32,000 nt of DNA from an archaeon. GTDB taxonomy: Archaea; Iainarchaeota; Iainarchaeia; Iainarchaeales; 1-14-0-10-31-34. Below, one piece after another: positions 22,608 through 31,067 of this stretch. Both the position numbers and the translations under genes were made by a program. The notes below the pieces were generated by a model. That model had not been told where the DNA came from. It searched no databases and saw only the letters and a list, made by a program, of their open reading frames with translations. How positions within the stretch are numbered: position 1 is the first letter of the stretch; each line of letters starts with the position of its first letter. The DNA is taken from contig JAJRVL010000005.1 of assembly GCA_024277355.1 (NCBI GenBank), forward strand, positions 60,001-92,000. The letters run 5' to 3'.

Positions 22608-22967
22608 TTAAAACACGCCCATGCTGTATAAAAATATCATTAAGAAAAAATAAATTGTTAAAACAAAAGGAATTTTTCCCTGTAATTGAGGAATGTTTTC
22701 AGTAAAAGTCAATAAAATTACTTCAATTATATAATACACAAACAAAAATCCGCCAACTAAAATAACTATTCCTGCTGTTTCAAAAAATTCTACTGTGGAA
22801 AAAATCATAATTAATATAATTAAAAAGAACCTTAATGAAAATTTTTTGTTGTAAACAAAAGTAATCATCAATATTGCAAACACCCAGAAAATGTTATTCA
22901 TAGCTAACTCTACAAACCACTGCAAGTCTAAACTTGCTAATTTTGGAATCCATTCAACTGACAGCAT
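22608..22967 (-). CDS. Membrane protein, 119 aa; member B-long of duplicated cassette
   Basis: Hydrophobic, 3 or more predicted TM segments; shares SLDLQWFVELAMNNIFW with 23145-23510. Confidence 0.8.
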   Translation of the reverse strand: MLSVEWIPKLASLDLQWFVELAMNNIFWVFAILMITFVYNKKFSLRFFLIILIMIFSTVEFFETAGIVILVGGFLFVYYIIEVILLTFTENIPQLQGKIPFVLTIYFFLMIFLYSMGVF

Positions 22968-22969
22968 AA

Positions 22970-23140
22970 TTACAACCTTGCAAACATTACATTAATTATA
23001 AAAAATAAAACGCCTAACCCCATCATTTCTGCTGAATAAAGTGAATCTGCAAAAATCCTTATTTCTAAAAGATTAAGGATAAACAAGACACTGAAAAAAA
23101 CAAACATTATTTTTATTCCGTCTAATACTGATTTAATCAT
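22970..23140 (-). CDS. Small membrane protein, 56 aa (not in supplied ORF track); member A-short of duplicated cassette
   Basis: Manual translation: MIKSVLDGIKIMFVFFSVLFILNLLEIRIFADSLYSAEMMGLGVLFFIINVMFARL. Shares MIK start, LNLLEI core and C-terminal RL with the 58-aa ORF. Confidence 0.72.
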   Translation of the reverse strand: MIKSVLDGIKIMFVFFSVLFILNLLEIRIFADSLYSAEMMGLGVLFFIINVMFARL

Positions 23141-23144
23141 TTTT

Positions 23145-23510
23145 TTACACCAAAAACAAATTATATAAAATTAATATTGTAAAAAACTGAATCAGCATGA
23201 CTATTGGAAGCCTGTTTTTAAGTGAAGGGATTGCTTCAGCAAAAGTCAACACAATAAGTCTTGCTGTATAATTAATGAAAAGCAGTCCTCCAACAAGATA
23301 AACTAATCCAAGATTTCCAATAAAAGGAATACTAATCCAAAACCAAAAAATAACTACAAAAAAAGTTTTCCAGTTCCATTTTAATTCGTGATAAACAAAA
23401 GTAATCAAAATAAACAAAAATAACCAGAAAATATTGTTCATAGCTAACTCTACAAACCACTGTAAATCCAGTGAAAGCAGTCTGACAAAAAATTCAATTG
23501 CTAAAGACAT
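23145..23510 (-). CDS. Membrane protein, 121 aa; member A-long of duplicated cassette
   Basis: MSLAIEFFVRLLSLDLQWFVELAMNNIFWLFLFILITFVYHE..., paralogue of 22608-22967. Confidence 0.8.
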   Translation of the reverse strand: MSLAIEFFVRLLSLDLQWFVELAMNNIFWLFLFILITFVYHELKWNWKTFFVVIFWFWISIPFIGNLGLVYLVGGLLFINYTARLIVLTFAEAIPSLKNRLPIVMLIQFFTILILYNLFLV

Positions 23511-23595
23511 TTAACTAACCCAAAACCCTCTATTTATGTATAAATTGGGCAAAGAAAAGCTTAAATACTCTTTTTTTAACTGGACTAAGTGAATT

Positions 23596-24345
23596 TCAAA
23601 TAAATGCGATTATCAAATAAAATATTCCTAATCCAAAACAAAAATAACTAAAATTAATTTTTTTTGCTATTTCAAGCAGATATTTTATGCTTAAATAACC
23701 ACTTACAAAAGCCACTAATACAGCAATCAATAAATTCCATTCAAATGCAATTCCCTCTTTTAAGCCAAACAACACTTCAGCTAAAAAAACTGAAGGAACT
23801 GAAAGCAAAAAACTTAACTTAAATGCTTTTTGCGGAGTAAAACCTTTAAATAACAAAACTGAAGTTGTTATTCCGCTTCTGCTTATTCCTGGAAGAACAG
23901 AAAACCCTTGTCCCAATCCAAGCAAAAATGCATTTTGTTTGGTTTCTTCTGTTTTTTTTTCTTTTTTGTTTTTCCATTGCAGTATTCCTGTTCCAATTAA
24001 CATTAATCCAATTAAAACTGAAAGATAAAATGAACTAACTGAAATTTCTTTCAAAAACAAATACATTGGAATTCCGGTTATTGCAGTTGATAATACTGCA
24101 ATTAAAATAAACTGCATTAAATTCCTGTTTTTTAATTCAATTATTTCTCTGAAATCTTTTCTGAAATAAATTAAAGCAGAAAGCATTGTTCCTGCATGAA
24201 GTAAAACTGAATAACTAAAAGCTGTTTCTGAGTCAATTCCAAAAACTTTTATTGCAGTAATTATTGTTTGTCCCTGCGAACTGATTGGAAGCCATTCAGT
24301 TATTCCCTGCATTAAACCTAAAACTATTGCCTGAATTAAATCCAT
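23596..24345 (-). CDS. uppP: Undecaprenyl-diphosphatase (UppP/BacA family)
   Basis: MDLIQAIVLGLMQGITEWLPISSQGQ and GLGQGFSVLPGISRSGITTSVLLFKG are the two BacA signatures. Confidence 0.95.
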   Translation of the reverse strand: MDLIQAIVLGLMQGITEWLPISSQGQTIITAIKVFGIDSETAFSYSVLLHAGTMLSALIYFRKDFREIIELKNRNLMQFILIAVLSTAITGIPMYLFLKEISVSSFYLSVLIGLMLIGTGILQWKNKKEKKTEETKQNAFLLGLGQGFSVLPGISRSGITTSVLLFKGFTPQKAFKLSFLLSVPSVFLAEVLFGLKEGIAFEWNLLIAVLVAFVSGYLSIKYLLEIAKKINFSYFCFGLGIFYLIIAFI

Positions 24346-24350
24346 TTACT

Positions 24351-24614
24351 TCACTGCTTTTTGTACCATTTTTCATATTGCTTATGATTTCCTGCAAACA
24401 TTATTATTCTTGTTTTTTCTTTTTCTTCAAAGCATATTCTGTATTGCCCTGATTCTAAAACAAAAAAAGGTAAACCATGTTTTAAGTGCCTTGCTTTTTC
24501 AATTGTCTTTAACTGTATTATTTTTTTCCATAGTCTTTCTTTTTCCTGTTTGTCAATTTTTCTAAAAAACTTATCCCATTCTTCAGCAAAACTTATTTCA
24601 AACAAGAAAATCAA
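24351..24614 (-). CDS. RelE/ParE-superfamily toxin
   Basis: FAEEWDKFFRKIDKQEKERLWKKIIQL...ARHLKHGLPFFVLESGQYRICFEE..RIIMFAGNHKQYEKWYKK. Overlaps the antitoxin stop by 4 nt (ATGA). Confidence 0.85.
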   Translation of the reverse strand: MIFLFEISFAEEWDKFFRKIDKQEKERLWKKIIQLKTIEKARHLKHGLPFFVLESGQYRICFEEKEKTRIIMFAGNHKQYEKWYKKQ

Positions 24615-24874
24615 AACCCGTATTTTTTCTTTATTTGTTTTTCAGTTAAAACTTTTCTTTTTCCTTTTTTTATTTCTTCACTGATTTTCTTCATTTTTCT
24701 TAAAGCTAATTGGTCTTCAATTTCTTTAACATTTTTGAAAACACCATAATCTTTTCCTAATTCAAGTATTCCTGCTCTTATTACTTCGCTTTTGGTTTTG
24801 AATATTCCTGTTTCAACTAATTTATCAAGAATTATTTCTTGTGCGCCTTCAAACCTAACTAAAGTTTCTCCCAT
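24611..24874 (-). CDS. Ribbon-helix-helix-type antitoxin
   Basis: MGETLVRFEGAQEIILDKLVETGIFKTKSEVIRAGILELGKDYG fits a RHH DNA-binding domain. ATG at 24874 has GGTGAT upstream; the track start at 24889 is 5 codons further upstream. Confidence 0.82.
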   Translation of the reverse strand: MGETLVRFEGAQEIILDKLVETGIFKTKSEVIRAGILELGKDYGVFKNVKEIEDQLALRKMKKISEEIKKGKRKVLTEKQIKKKYGF

Positions 24875-24913
24875 AAAATCACCTATCAATTTGTTATCAA
24901 AAAGATATATAAA

Positions 24914-26341
24914 TTAATTGCTTTGTTTTAATTCTTTTGGAATCCATAAATCTGTTTTGTAAATTATTATTGTTATTACTGCACCAATTACGGCAGAAAA
25001 AAGTAATGAATACCATATTCCTTTTAGTCCATAAATTTCTTTTAAGAAAAAAGATAAAATAACAATTAAAATCCAGTATCCTGCTGTCATTAACATTGAA
25101 AGAAAAGTATTTCCTGCTCCTTGAAAACCTGAAGAAATAGTCATTAAAATTCATCTGAAAGGATAAGAAAAAGCAGCAATTGACAAATATACTAATCCAA
25201 TTGAAATCACTTCTTTATCTGCAGAAAATAATTTAAAAAACGGTTCAGGAAACAAAACAAATATTACTGCAACAATTCCCATTAAAAAAGCTGAAATTGC
25301 AGTGGAATAAAAAATTGTTTTTTTTGCTCTTTCAAGTTTTTTTGCGCCAATATTCTGTCCAACCATTGCAATTGTAGCACTAATTAATCCAATTACCGGC
25401 AGAATTGCAATTGAATCCAATCTTGTTCCAATTCCATAAGCTGCAATTGATAATACTCCAAAAACTCCTACAAAACTCATTATAACAGTTAAACCCAAAG
25501 AAATAGTTAAATGCCCAATAGAAGCAGGAGCCCCCAAAAAAATTATTTTTTTCATTATTCTTAAATCAAAAGAGAAATCTTTTGGATTAATTTTAATTAA
25601 ACCTCTTCCTTTTAAAATATAAAAAATATTTAGTCCTGCACCAACACTTCTGGATAAAACAGTTGCTAATGCAGCCCCAAAAATCCCTAAAGCAGGAAAA
25701 CCAAACAATCCAAAAATCAGTATTGGATCTAAAATAATATTTAACATAACACTTATTGCCATATTAATCATTGGGGTTTTTGAATCTCCTTCAGCCTGCA
25801 TTATTCCTTGTGAAATAAATCCAATAAACAAAAAAATAAATCCAATAAAAATTGTGTTAGAATAAAGCAAAGTTAATTCAAGTATTTCAGGAGTTGCCCC
25901 CATAAAAACAAAAATTGGTTTTCCAAAAATAATTCCTAAAACAGCAATAATTATTCCAATAACTCCAGACAGCATTAAAGAATGCTCTGCAATATTATTA
26001 GCTTTAGAATAATTTTTTGCCCCAACTGCCTGCGCAACTAAAGTAGTTGAACCAACACTTAAACCTGAAGCAAAAGCAATGAAAATAAATACAACAGGAA
26101 AAGTTATTGCAACAGCAGCTAAAGCTTCAGTTCCAAGCATCCCGATAAAAATTGTGTCAATTACATTAAAGGCTGTCTGCAAAAGCATGCCAAGCATTAT
26201 TGGCAAAGCTAAAAAAATTAATGTTTTAAAAATGCTTCCTTCAGTTAAATTATTTTTTTTCTTAATAAAAATCAACTCTAAAATAAAAAGTGAAAATATT
26301 ATGTATAATTTAGGCTTGCCTAAGTACTTGCTGAAGAACAA
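24914..26341 (-). pseudogene. MATE-family efflux transporter interrupted by one in-frame TGA at 25151-25153 (candidate pseudogene, recoding or sequencing error)
   Basis: Upstream part 25151-26341 has LTEGSIFKTLIFLALPIMLGMLLQTAFNVIDTIFIG; downstream part 24914-25144 continues it in the same frame: ...IAAFSYPFR-TGA-ILMTISSGFQGAGNTFLSMLMTAGYW. The real start may be TTG at 26275 (MIFIKKKNNLTEG). Confidence 0.85.
26310..26323. promoter_or_regulatory. Perfect palindrome ttaggc-tt-gcctaa between the MATE and korA genes; candidate operator
   Basis: 6+2+6 nt perfect inverted repeat next to an AT-rich TATA-like stretch (attatgtataatt). Confidence 0.45.
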
Positions 26342-26382
26342 ATGCTACAATTCATTTTTATTTCTTTTCTTCTTTTCCTTTA

Positions 26383-28107
26383 ATGATTTTAATGAAAGAT
26401 TTTGTTAACTGGAAAATCGGCGGAGAAGCAGGATATGGAATTCTTTCTGTTGGCGTAATGTTTGGCAAGTTCTGTACAAGAAACGGATTATTTGCTTTTA
26501 ATTCAAGTGAATTTCCTTCTTTAGTTAGAGGCGGGCATAACACAGTCCAGTTAATTGTAAAAAAAACTCCTGCTCTTTCTCAGTATTTTGAAGTTAATCT
26601 TTTAGTTGCATTAAATGCTGAAACAATTGAAAAGCATTTAAATGAATTAAGCTCTGATGCAGCAATAATTTTTGACGGAAAAGAAATTGACATAAAAAAA
26701 TATAAGACAAAAAAATCTCATGTATTAATTGATATTCCTTTAACTGAAATTGCAGTAAGGCATGGAAAAAAAATTATGAGGAATACGGTTTCTTTAGGGG
26801 CGTCAATTGCATTGCTTGGATTGGAATTTGATAAACTAGAACAATTAATCAAAGAAGCTTTTGCAGGAAAAAAAGATGCATTAATTCCAATTAATATTGC
26901 TGCAGCAAAAGAAGGATTTAATTTTATTAAAAACAGGAATATTAAATTTAATTATCAATTAAAAGAACAAAAACAAAAAAACCATATTTTCATTAATGCA
27001 AATGATGCTTTTTCTTTAGGTGCAGTTAAATCAGGATTAAAGTTTGTTGCAGAATATCCTATGACTCCTTCTTCTTCAATTCTTTCTTTTATGGCTGCGC
27101 ATGAATTGCAGTATGATATTGTTGTAAAACAGACTGAAGATGAAATTGCGGCAATGAATATGATTATTGGAGGAGGTTTTGCTGGAGCAAGAAGTTTAAC
27201 TGCAACTTCTGGCGGAGGATTTTCTTTAATGGTTGAAGCTTTAGGTTTAGCCGGAATGACTGAAACTCCTGCTGTTGTAGTTGAATCTCAAAGACCCGGT
27301 CCTTCAACAGGACTTCCAACAATGACTGAACAAGGAGACTTAATGTTTGCATTAAATGCTTCTCAAGGCGAATTTCCTAGAATGATTATTGCTCCAGGAG
27401 ATGTAACTGAAGCATTTGAAGCAGGATTAAATTCATTTAATTTTGCAGAAAAATATCAATTATTAGTATTAGTTTTACTGGATAAATATATTTCTGAAGG
27501 AAATACAACTGTAAAAGAATTTGATTACAGTAAATTCAAGATTAACAGAGGAAAACTTTTAACTAAAGCCCCAAAAAATTACTTAAGATATGCTTTTACT
27601 TCAGATGGAATTTCTCCAAGAGTTTTACCCGGAACTTTAGGAACAGTTTACAAAGCAAACGGAGATGAACACAATGAAAAAGGAGTTTCAGATGAAAGCG
27701 AAGAAAACAGAATTAAAATGATGAATAAAAGAATGAAAAAATTAGATGTATTAAAAAAAGAACTGCCTGAACCAAAATTATACGGAGACAAAAACGCAAA
27801 AATTTCTTTGATTGCATGGGGTTCAACTAAAGGAATAATTCTTGAAGCAATAAATGAACTGCAAAAACAAAAAATAAAAGTTAATTTTTTGCATTATAAT
27901 TATGTTTTTCCATTAAAAGAAAAAAAATTACTTGAATTAATAAAGAAATCAAAAAAAGTTTTATTAGTTGAAAATAATATGACTTCCCAGTTTGGAAAAT
28001 TAATTGCACAAGAAACAGGAATTTTATTTAAAAACAAATTATTGAAATATACAGGAAGACAGTTTTATCCGCATGAAATTGTTAATGCAGTGAGGAAATT
28101 AAAATGA
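26383..28107 (+). CDS. korA: 2-oxoacid:ferredoxin oxidoreductase, fused gamma-alpha subunit (KorA-like); start 26383 or 26392
   Basis: N-terminal gamma domain GGEAGYGILSVGVMFGKFCTRNG..SEFPSLVRGGHNTVQ; alpha-domain YPMTPSSSILSFMA, TATSGGGFSLMVEALGLAGMTETPAVVVESQRPGPSTGLPT. Confidence 0.93.
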   Translation: MILMKDFVNWKIGGEAGYGILSVGVMFGKFCTRNGLFAFNSSEFPSLVRGGHNTVQLIVKKTPALSQYFEVNLLVALNAETIEKHLNELSSDAAIIFDGKEIDIKKYKTKKSHVLIDIPLTEIAVRHGKKIMRNTVSLGASIALLGLEFDKLEQLIKEAFAGKKDALIPINIAAAKEGFNFIKNRNIKFNYQLKEQKQKNHIFINANDAFSLGAVKSGLKFVAEYPMTPSSSILSFMAAHELQYDIVVKQTEDEIAAMNMIIGGGFAGARSLTATSGGGFSLMVEALGLAGMTETPAVVVESQRPGPSTGLPTMTEQGDLMFALNASQGEFPRMIIAPGDVTEAFEAGLNSFNFAEKYQLLVLVLLDKYISEGNTTVKEFDYSKFKINRGKLLTKAPKNYLRYAFTSDGISPRVLPGTLGTVYKANGDEHNEKGVSDESEENRIKMMNKRMKKLDVLKKELPEPKLYGDKNAKISLIAWGSTKGIILEAINELQKQKIKVNFLHYNYVFPLKEKKLLELIKKSKKVLLVENNMTSQFGKLIAQETGILFKNKLLKYTGRQFYPHEIVNAVRKLK

Positions 28108-28961
28108 CTGAATTAAAAGACTTAAATACAAAAGAAATTCCAACCTGGTGTCCTGGTTGCGGAGACTTTATGATTTTAGCTTCAATTAAAAAAGCTGTTG
28201 CAGACATGAACTTAAATCCAAGTGAAGTAGTAGTAGTTTCAGGAATTGGCTGTTCAGCAGGACTGCCGCACTGGATTGAAACTTATGGTTTTCATTCAAT
28301 TCACGGAAGAGCTATTCCTGTTGCAACAGGAATAAAATTAGCTAACCATGGATTAACTGTTATTGTTGTTTCAGGAGACGGAGACGGATATGGGATTGGA
28401 TTAAATCATTTAATTCATGCAATGAGAAGAAATTTAGATATTACTTTTATTGGGCATAATAATCAAATTTACGGCTTAACTTTAGGGCAGACTTCTCCTA
28501 CTTCAACTCAAGGAGCAAAAACTGTTTCAACTCCTCATGGTTCAATTGAAACTCCAATTAATCCTTTATCTCTTGGATTAGCTTCTGGTGCAACTTTTGT
28601 TGCAAGAGGTTATGCAGGCAACACAACTCAATTAACTGATTTAATTGTTAAAGGAACTAAACACAGAGGTTTTGCTTTAATTGACGTATTTCAGCCTTGT
28701 GTTACATGGAATAAAATTAATACTTTTGATTTTTTCAAGCAAAGAGTTTATGATTTAAATTCAGAAAAATTTAATACTTCTGATTTAAATGCAGCTTTTT
28801 CGAGATGCCAGGAATTAGGTGAAAGAATTCCAACAGGATTATTTTATCAGACAGAAACAGACACTTATTCTGATGACTTACCTCAACTAAAAGAAAAACC
28901 TTTAGTAAAACAAAACATAACTAATGTTGATATTAAATCTGTACTGAACAAATACAAATAA
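28104..28961 (+). CDS. korB: 2-oxoacid:ferredoxin oxidoreductase, beta subunit (KorB-like)
   Basis: WCPGCGDFMILASIKKAV, GIGCSAGLPHWIETYGFHSIHGRAIPVATG, VSGDGDGYGIGLNHLIHAMRRN (TPP-binding). 4-nt overlap with korA. Confidence 0.95.
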   Translation: MTELKDLNTKEIPTWCPGCGDFMILASIKKAVADMNLNPSEVVVVSGIGCSAGLPHWIETYGFHSIHGRAIPVATGIKLANHGLTVIVVSGDGDGYGIGLNHLIHAMRRNLDITFIGHNNQIYGLTLGQTSPTSTQGAKTVSTPHGSIETPINPLSLGLASGATFVARGYAGNTTQLTDLIVKGTKHRGFALIDVFQPCVTWNKINTFDFFKQRVYDLNSEKFNTSDLNAAFSRCQELGERIPTGLFYQTETDTYSDDLPQLKEKPLVKQNITNVDIKSVLNKYK

Positions 28962-29021
28962 AACCTTTTTAGAAAAAAGGTTTATCAAAAAGCAAGGGAT
29001 AAATCCCTCTTAAACTTTTTT
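28961..29021. terminator. Tandem hairpins and a T-rich tract between convergent korB and the VIT1-like gene; candidate terminator
   Basis: aaaccttttt-aga-aaaaaggttt (28961-28983, 10-bp stem) then agggat-aa-atccct (28995-29008, 6-bp stem) and tttttt at 29016-29021. Confidence 0.5.
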
Positions 29022-29038
29022 AGGAGAAATCCAAACAA

Positions 29039-29611
29039 TCAGATTACTTTAATCAATTCAAATAAGTAAATGATTATTCCTACTAGTATTCCTGCACCGA
29101 TCATTTCTATTCCATGAATTATGTGTTTTTCTTTTGCTATTTCTCCAATAAAATAACCTAAAGCAAATAATGCAATTATAATTAATCCAATGGAAGAATA
29201 ATATGCAGTCATTTTGTCAATTAAATTTAGTTGAGCTAAAAAAAACGGGATAATTAAAATAAATGAAACAATAGTTGAACTTAAACCATTAGCTAAACCC
29301 ATTGCTAAACTCATTTTTTTGTATTGTGTTTCAATTTGAGTTTTACTTAAATCTCTAAGCAAATGTTTTTCTAATTCTTTTAAATTTCTTTTTCGTTCAG
29401 CTTTTTCTGCAGAATAACCGCCCCAGATTCCTGAAACGCCTGTTGCAATAATCACTCCAATAGAAGAAATAATAACAATTCTTGATTCCATTGCTCCTGC
29501 AACTAACATTGCAATAACTATTCCTAAAATAGTTAATACTCCGTCAAAAGAATTCATTACAATATAACGCCTAATTATATCGTTTTTTTTAATTAATTCC
29601 AGGAAAATCAT
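29039..29611 (-). CDS. VIT1/CCC1-family-like integral membrane protein
   Basis: SFDGVLTILGIVIAMLVAGA... with GVIIATGVSGIWGGYSAEKAERKR and later TM helices resembles the VIT1/CCC1 fold. Start may be internal (Met19, MNSFDG). Confidence 0.7.
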   Translation of the reverse strand: MIFLELIKKNDIIRRYIVMNSFDGVLTILGIVIAMLVAGAMESRIVIISSIGVIIATGVSGIWGGYSAEKAERKRNLKELEKHLLRDLSKTQIETQYKKMSLAMGLANGLSSTIVSFILIIPFFLAQLNLIDKMTAYYSSIGLIIIALFALGYFIGEIAKEKHIIHGIEMIGAGILVGIIIYLFELIKVI

Positions 29612-29627
29612 TTTTTTTCACTCAGAA

Positions 29628-29954
29628 TTATTTTGTTATTTCCTGTGTATTAACTTTTGGGACGTCAATTACTTTTTTCTTTCCAACAATTACTTTGTCT
29701 ATTGAATGAATTACTGCGCCGTAAGTGTCAATTATTTTCTGGACTTCATCAAAGTCAATGTTGTCTCCTTCTAATGCTGCCTTAATTGATTCAGTTTTTT
29801 CATCTATTGCATAAACTGTAATATTTGCAGTCTGAACTGACTTAACTTTGCATAACGCCTGTCCTAATTCAACTATTGTTGGTTTATGAGGTTTTAGTAC
29901 GTCAACTTCCACTACTTTGATTTTTTGTTTAGCTGATTCTTTTTCTGTCATCAA
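29628..29954 (-). CDS. DUF211-family protein
   Basis: KVVEVDVLKPHKPTIVELGQALCKVKSVQTANITVYAIDEKTESIKAALEGDNIDFDEVQKIIDTYGAVIHSIDKVIVG matches the archaeal DUF211 pattern. Confidence 0.85.
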   Translation of the reverse strand: MMTEKESAKQKIKVVEVDVLKPHKPTIVELGQALCKVKSVQTANITVYAIDEKTESIKAALEGDNIDFDEVQKIIDTYGAVIHSIDKVIVGKKKVIDVPKVNTQEITK

Positions 29955-30002
29955 ATAATAACACTGTTGAACTTAAAAAAACTTTTCTTTTCTTTTTTTC
30001 TT

Positions 30003-31067
30003 ATGAATAAAATAAAAATAGACTTAGTTTTTCTTCCTTCAGAAGCAACAGGTCAAACAATTTATTCAGAAAACCTTTCAAAAAAATTAACTAATTTAAC
30101 TGACTTGAAATTAATCAACCCAAATGAAATTTTTTTATTTAAATTAACCAACCATTTCAATAATTCTTTAGCATTAAAACTGCTTCCTTTTTTAATTCAA
30201 AACAAAATCAGAAAACAAAGTGTTGTCCATATTACAAACCAAGAACTTTTTTTTCTTATTCCTTCAATTAAAAACAAATTAATTATTACTTTATGTGATT
30301 TAAGTTTGTATTCTTATTACAAAATCTGGAAAAAAAAAGATGTTTTCTTGTTTGATAAAGCAGAAAAAATAATCTGTATTTCTAATTCAACTAAAAATGA
30401 ACTACTGAAAAAATTTTCTTTATTTGAAAAAAAAGCTGAAGTAATTTATTTAGCATCAGAAGAAATAAAGAAAAGCAGCAAGGATGTAAGAAAAAAATAC
30501 AATTTAGGAAAAAACAAAATCATTTTGTTTGTTGGAAGCGATGACCCTAAAAAAAACTTTTCTTTTTTGCTAAAAGCTTTTTCTGAATTAAAAAAAGAAA
30601 ATTTAGTTTTAGTTAAAGCAGGAATTCCCTGGAGTACGCAAAAAAATCAAAGAAAAAAATTTAAAGAATTTATTGAAAAAAACAACCTGCAAAACAAAGT
30701 GAAGTTTTTGGATTTAATTCCAAGACAGGATTTAATTAACCTTTACTTTGAATCTTTTGTTTATGTCTGCCCTTCATACTACGAAGGTTTTGGATTGACT
30801 TTACTTGAAGCAATGTCTGCTGGAATTCCGGTTATTTCAGCTAATAACACTTCTTTGCCTGAAGTTGCAGGAAATTCAGGTTTATTTTTTAATGCAGACA
30901 ACTATAAAGAATTAAAAGGAGAATTAGAATTAATTTTATCAAAAGAAAAATTAAGAAAAGATTTAATTCAAAAAGGATTTCAAAACATTAAAAGATTTAA
31001 CTGGAATAAAACTGCAAAAGAAACTTTTGAAGTTTATAGAGATGTGTTAAATGAAAATAAAAATTAA
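30003..31067 (+). CDS. GT4-family (GT-B) glycosyltransferase
   Basis: NKIILFVGSDDPKKNFSFLLKAF, VKFLDLIPRQDLINLYFESFVYVCPSYYEGFGLTLLEAMSAGIPVISANNTSLPEVAGNSGLFF. Start moved from 29967 to ATG at 30003. Confidence 0.92.
   Translation: MNKIKIDLVFLPSEATGQTIYSENLSKKLTNLTDLKLINPNEIFLFKLTNHFNNSLALKLLPFLIQNKIRKQSVVHITNQELFFLIPSIKNKLIITLCDLSLYSYYKIWKKKDVFLFDKAEKIICISNSTKNELLKKFSLFEKKAEVIYLASEEIKKSSKDVRKKYNLGKNKIILFVGSDDPKKNFSFLLKAFSELKKENLVLVKAGIPWSTQKNQRKKFKEFIEKNNLQNKVKFLDLIPRQDLINLYFESFVYVCPSYYEGFGLTLLEAMSAGIPVISANNTSLPEVAGNSGLFFNADNYKELKGELELILSKEKLRKDLIQKGFQNIKRFNWNKTAKETFEVYRDVLNENKN

Noticed and set aside
25151-25153. Selenocysteine or genome-wide TGA recoding at the MATE stop
   Set aside because: No redox context expected at this position in MATE, no SECIS-like element identified, and uL3 terminates at TGA. 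Kept only as an outside possibility in the finding.
24897-25154. 85-aa plus-strand ORF (MNFNDYFFRFSRSRKYF...)
   Set aside because: Antisense to the C-terminal MATE segment, whose minus-strand translation clearly continues the transporter.
27164-27352. 62-aa minus-strand ORF inside korA
   Set aside because: Antisense to a conserved oxidoreductase domain; Leu/Gln-rich artefact.
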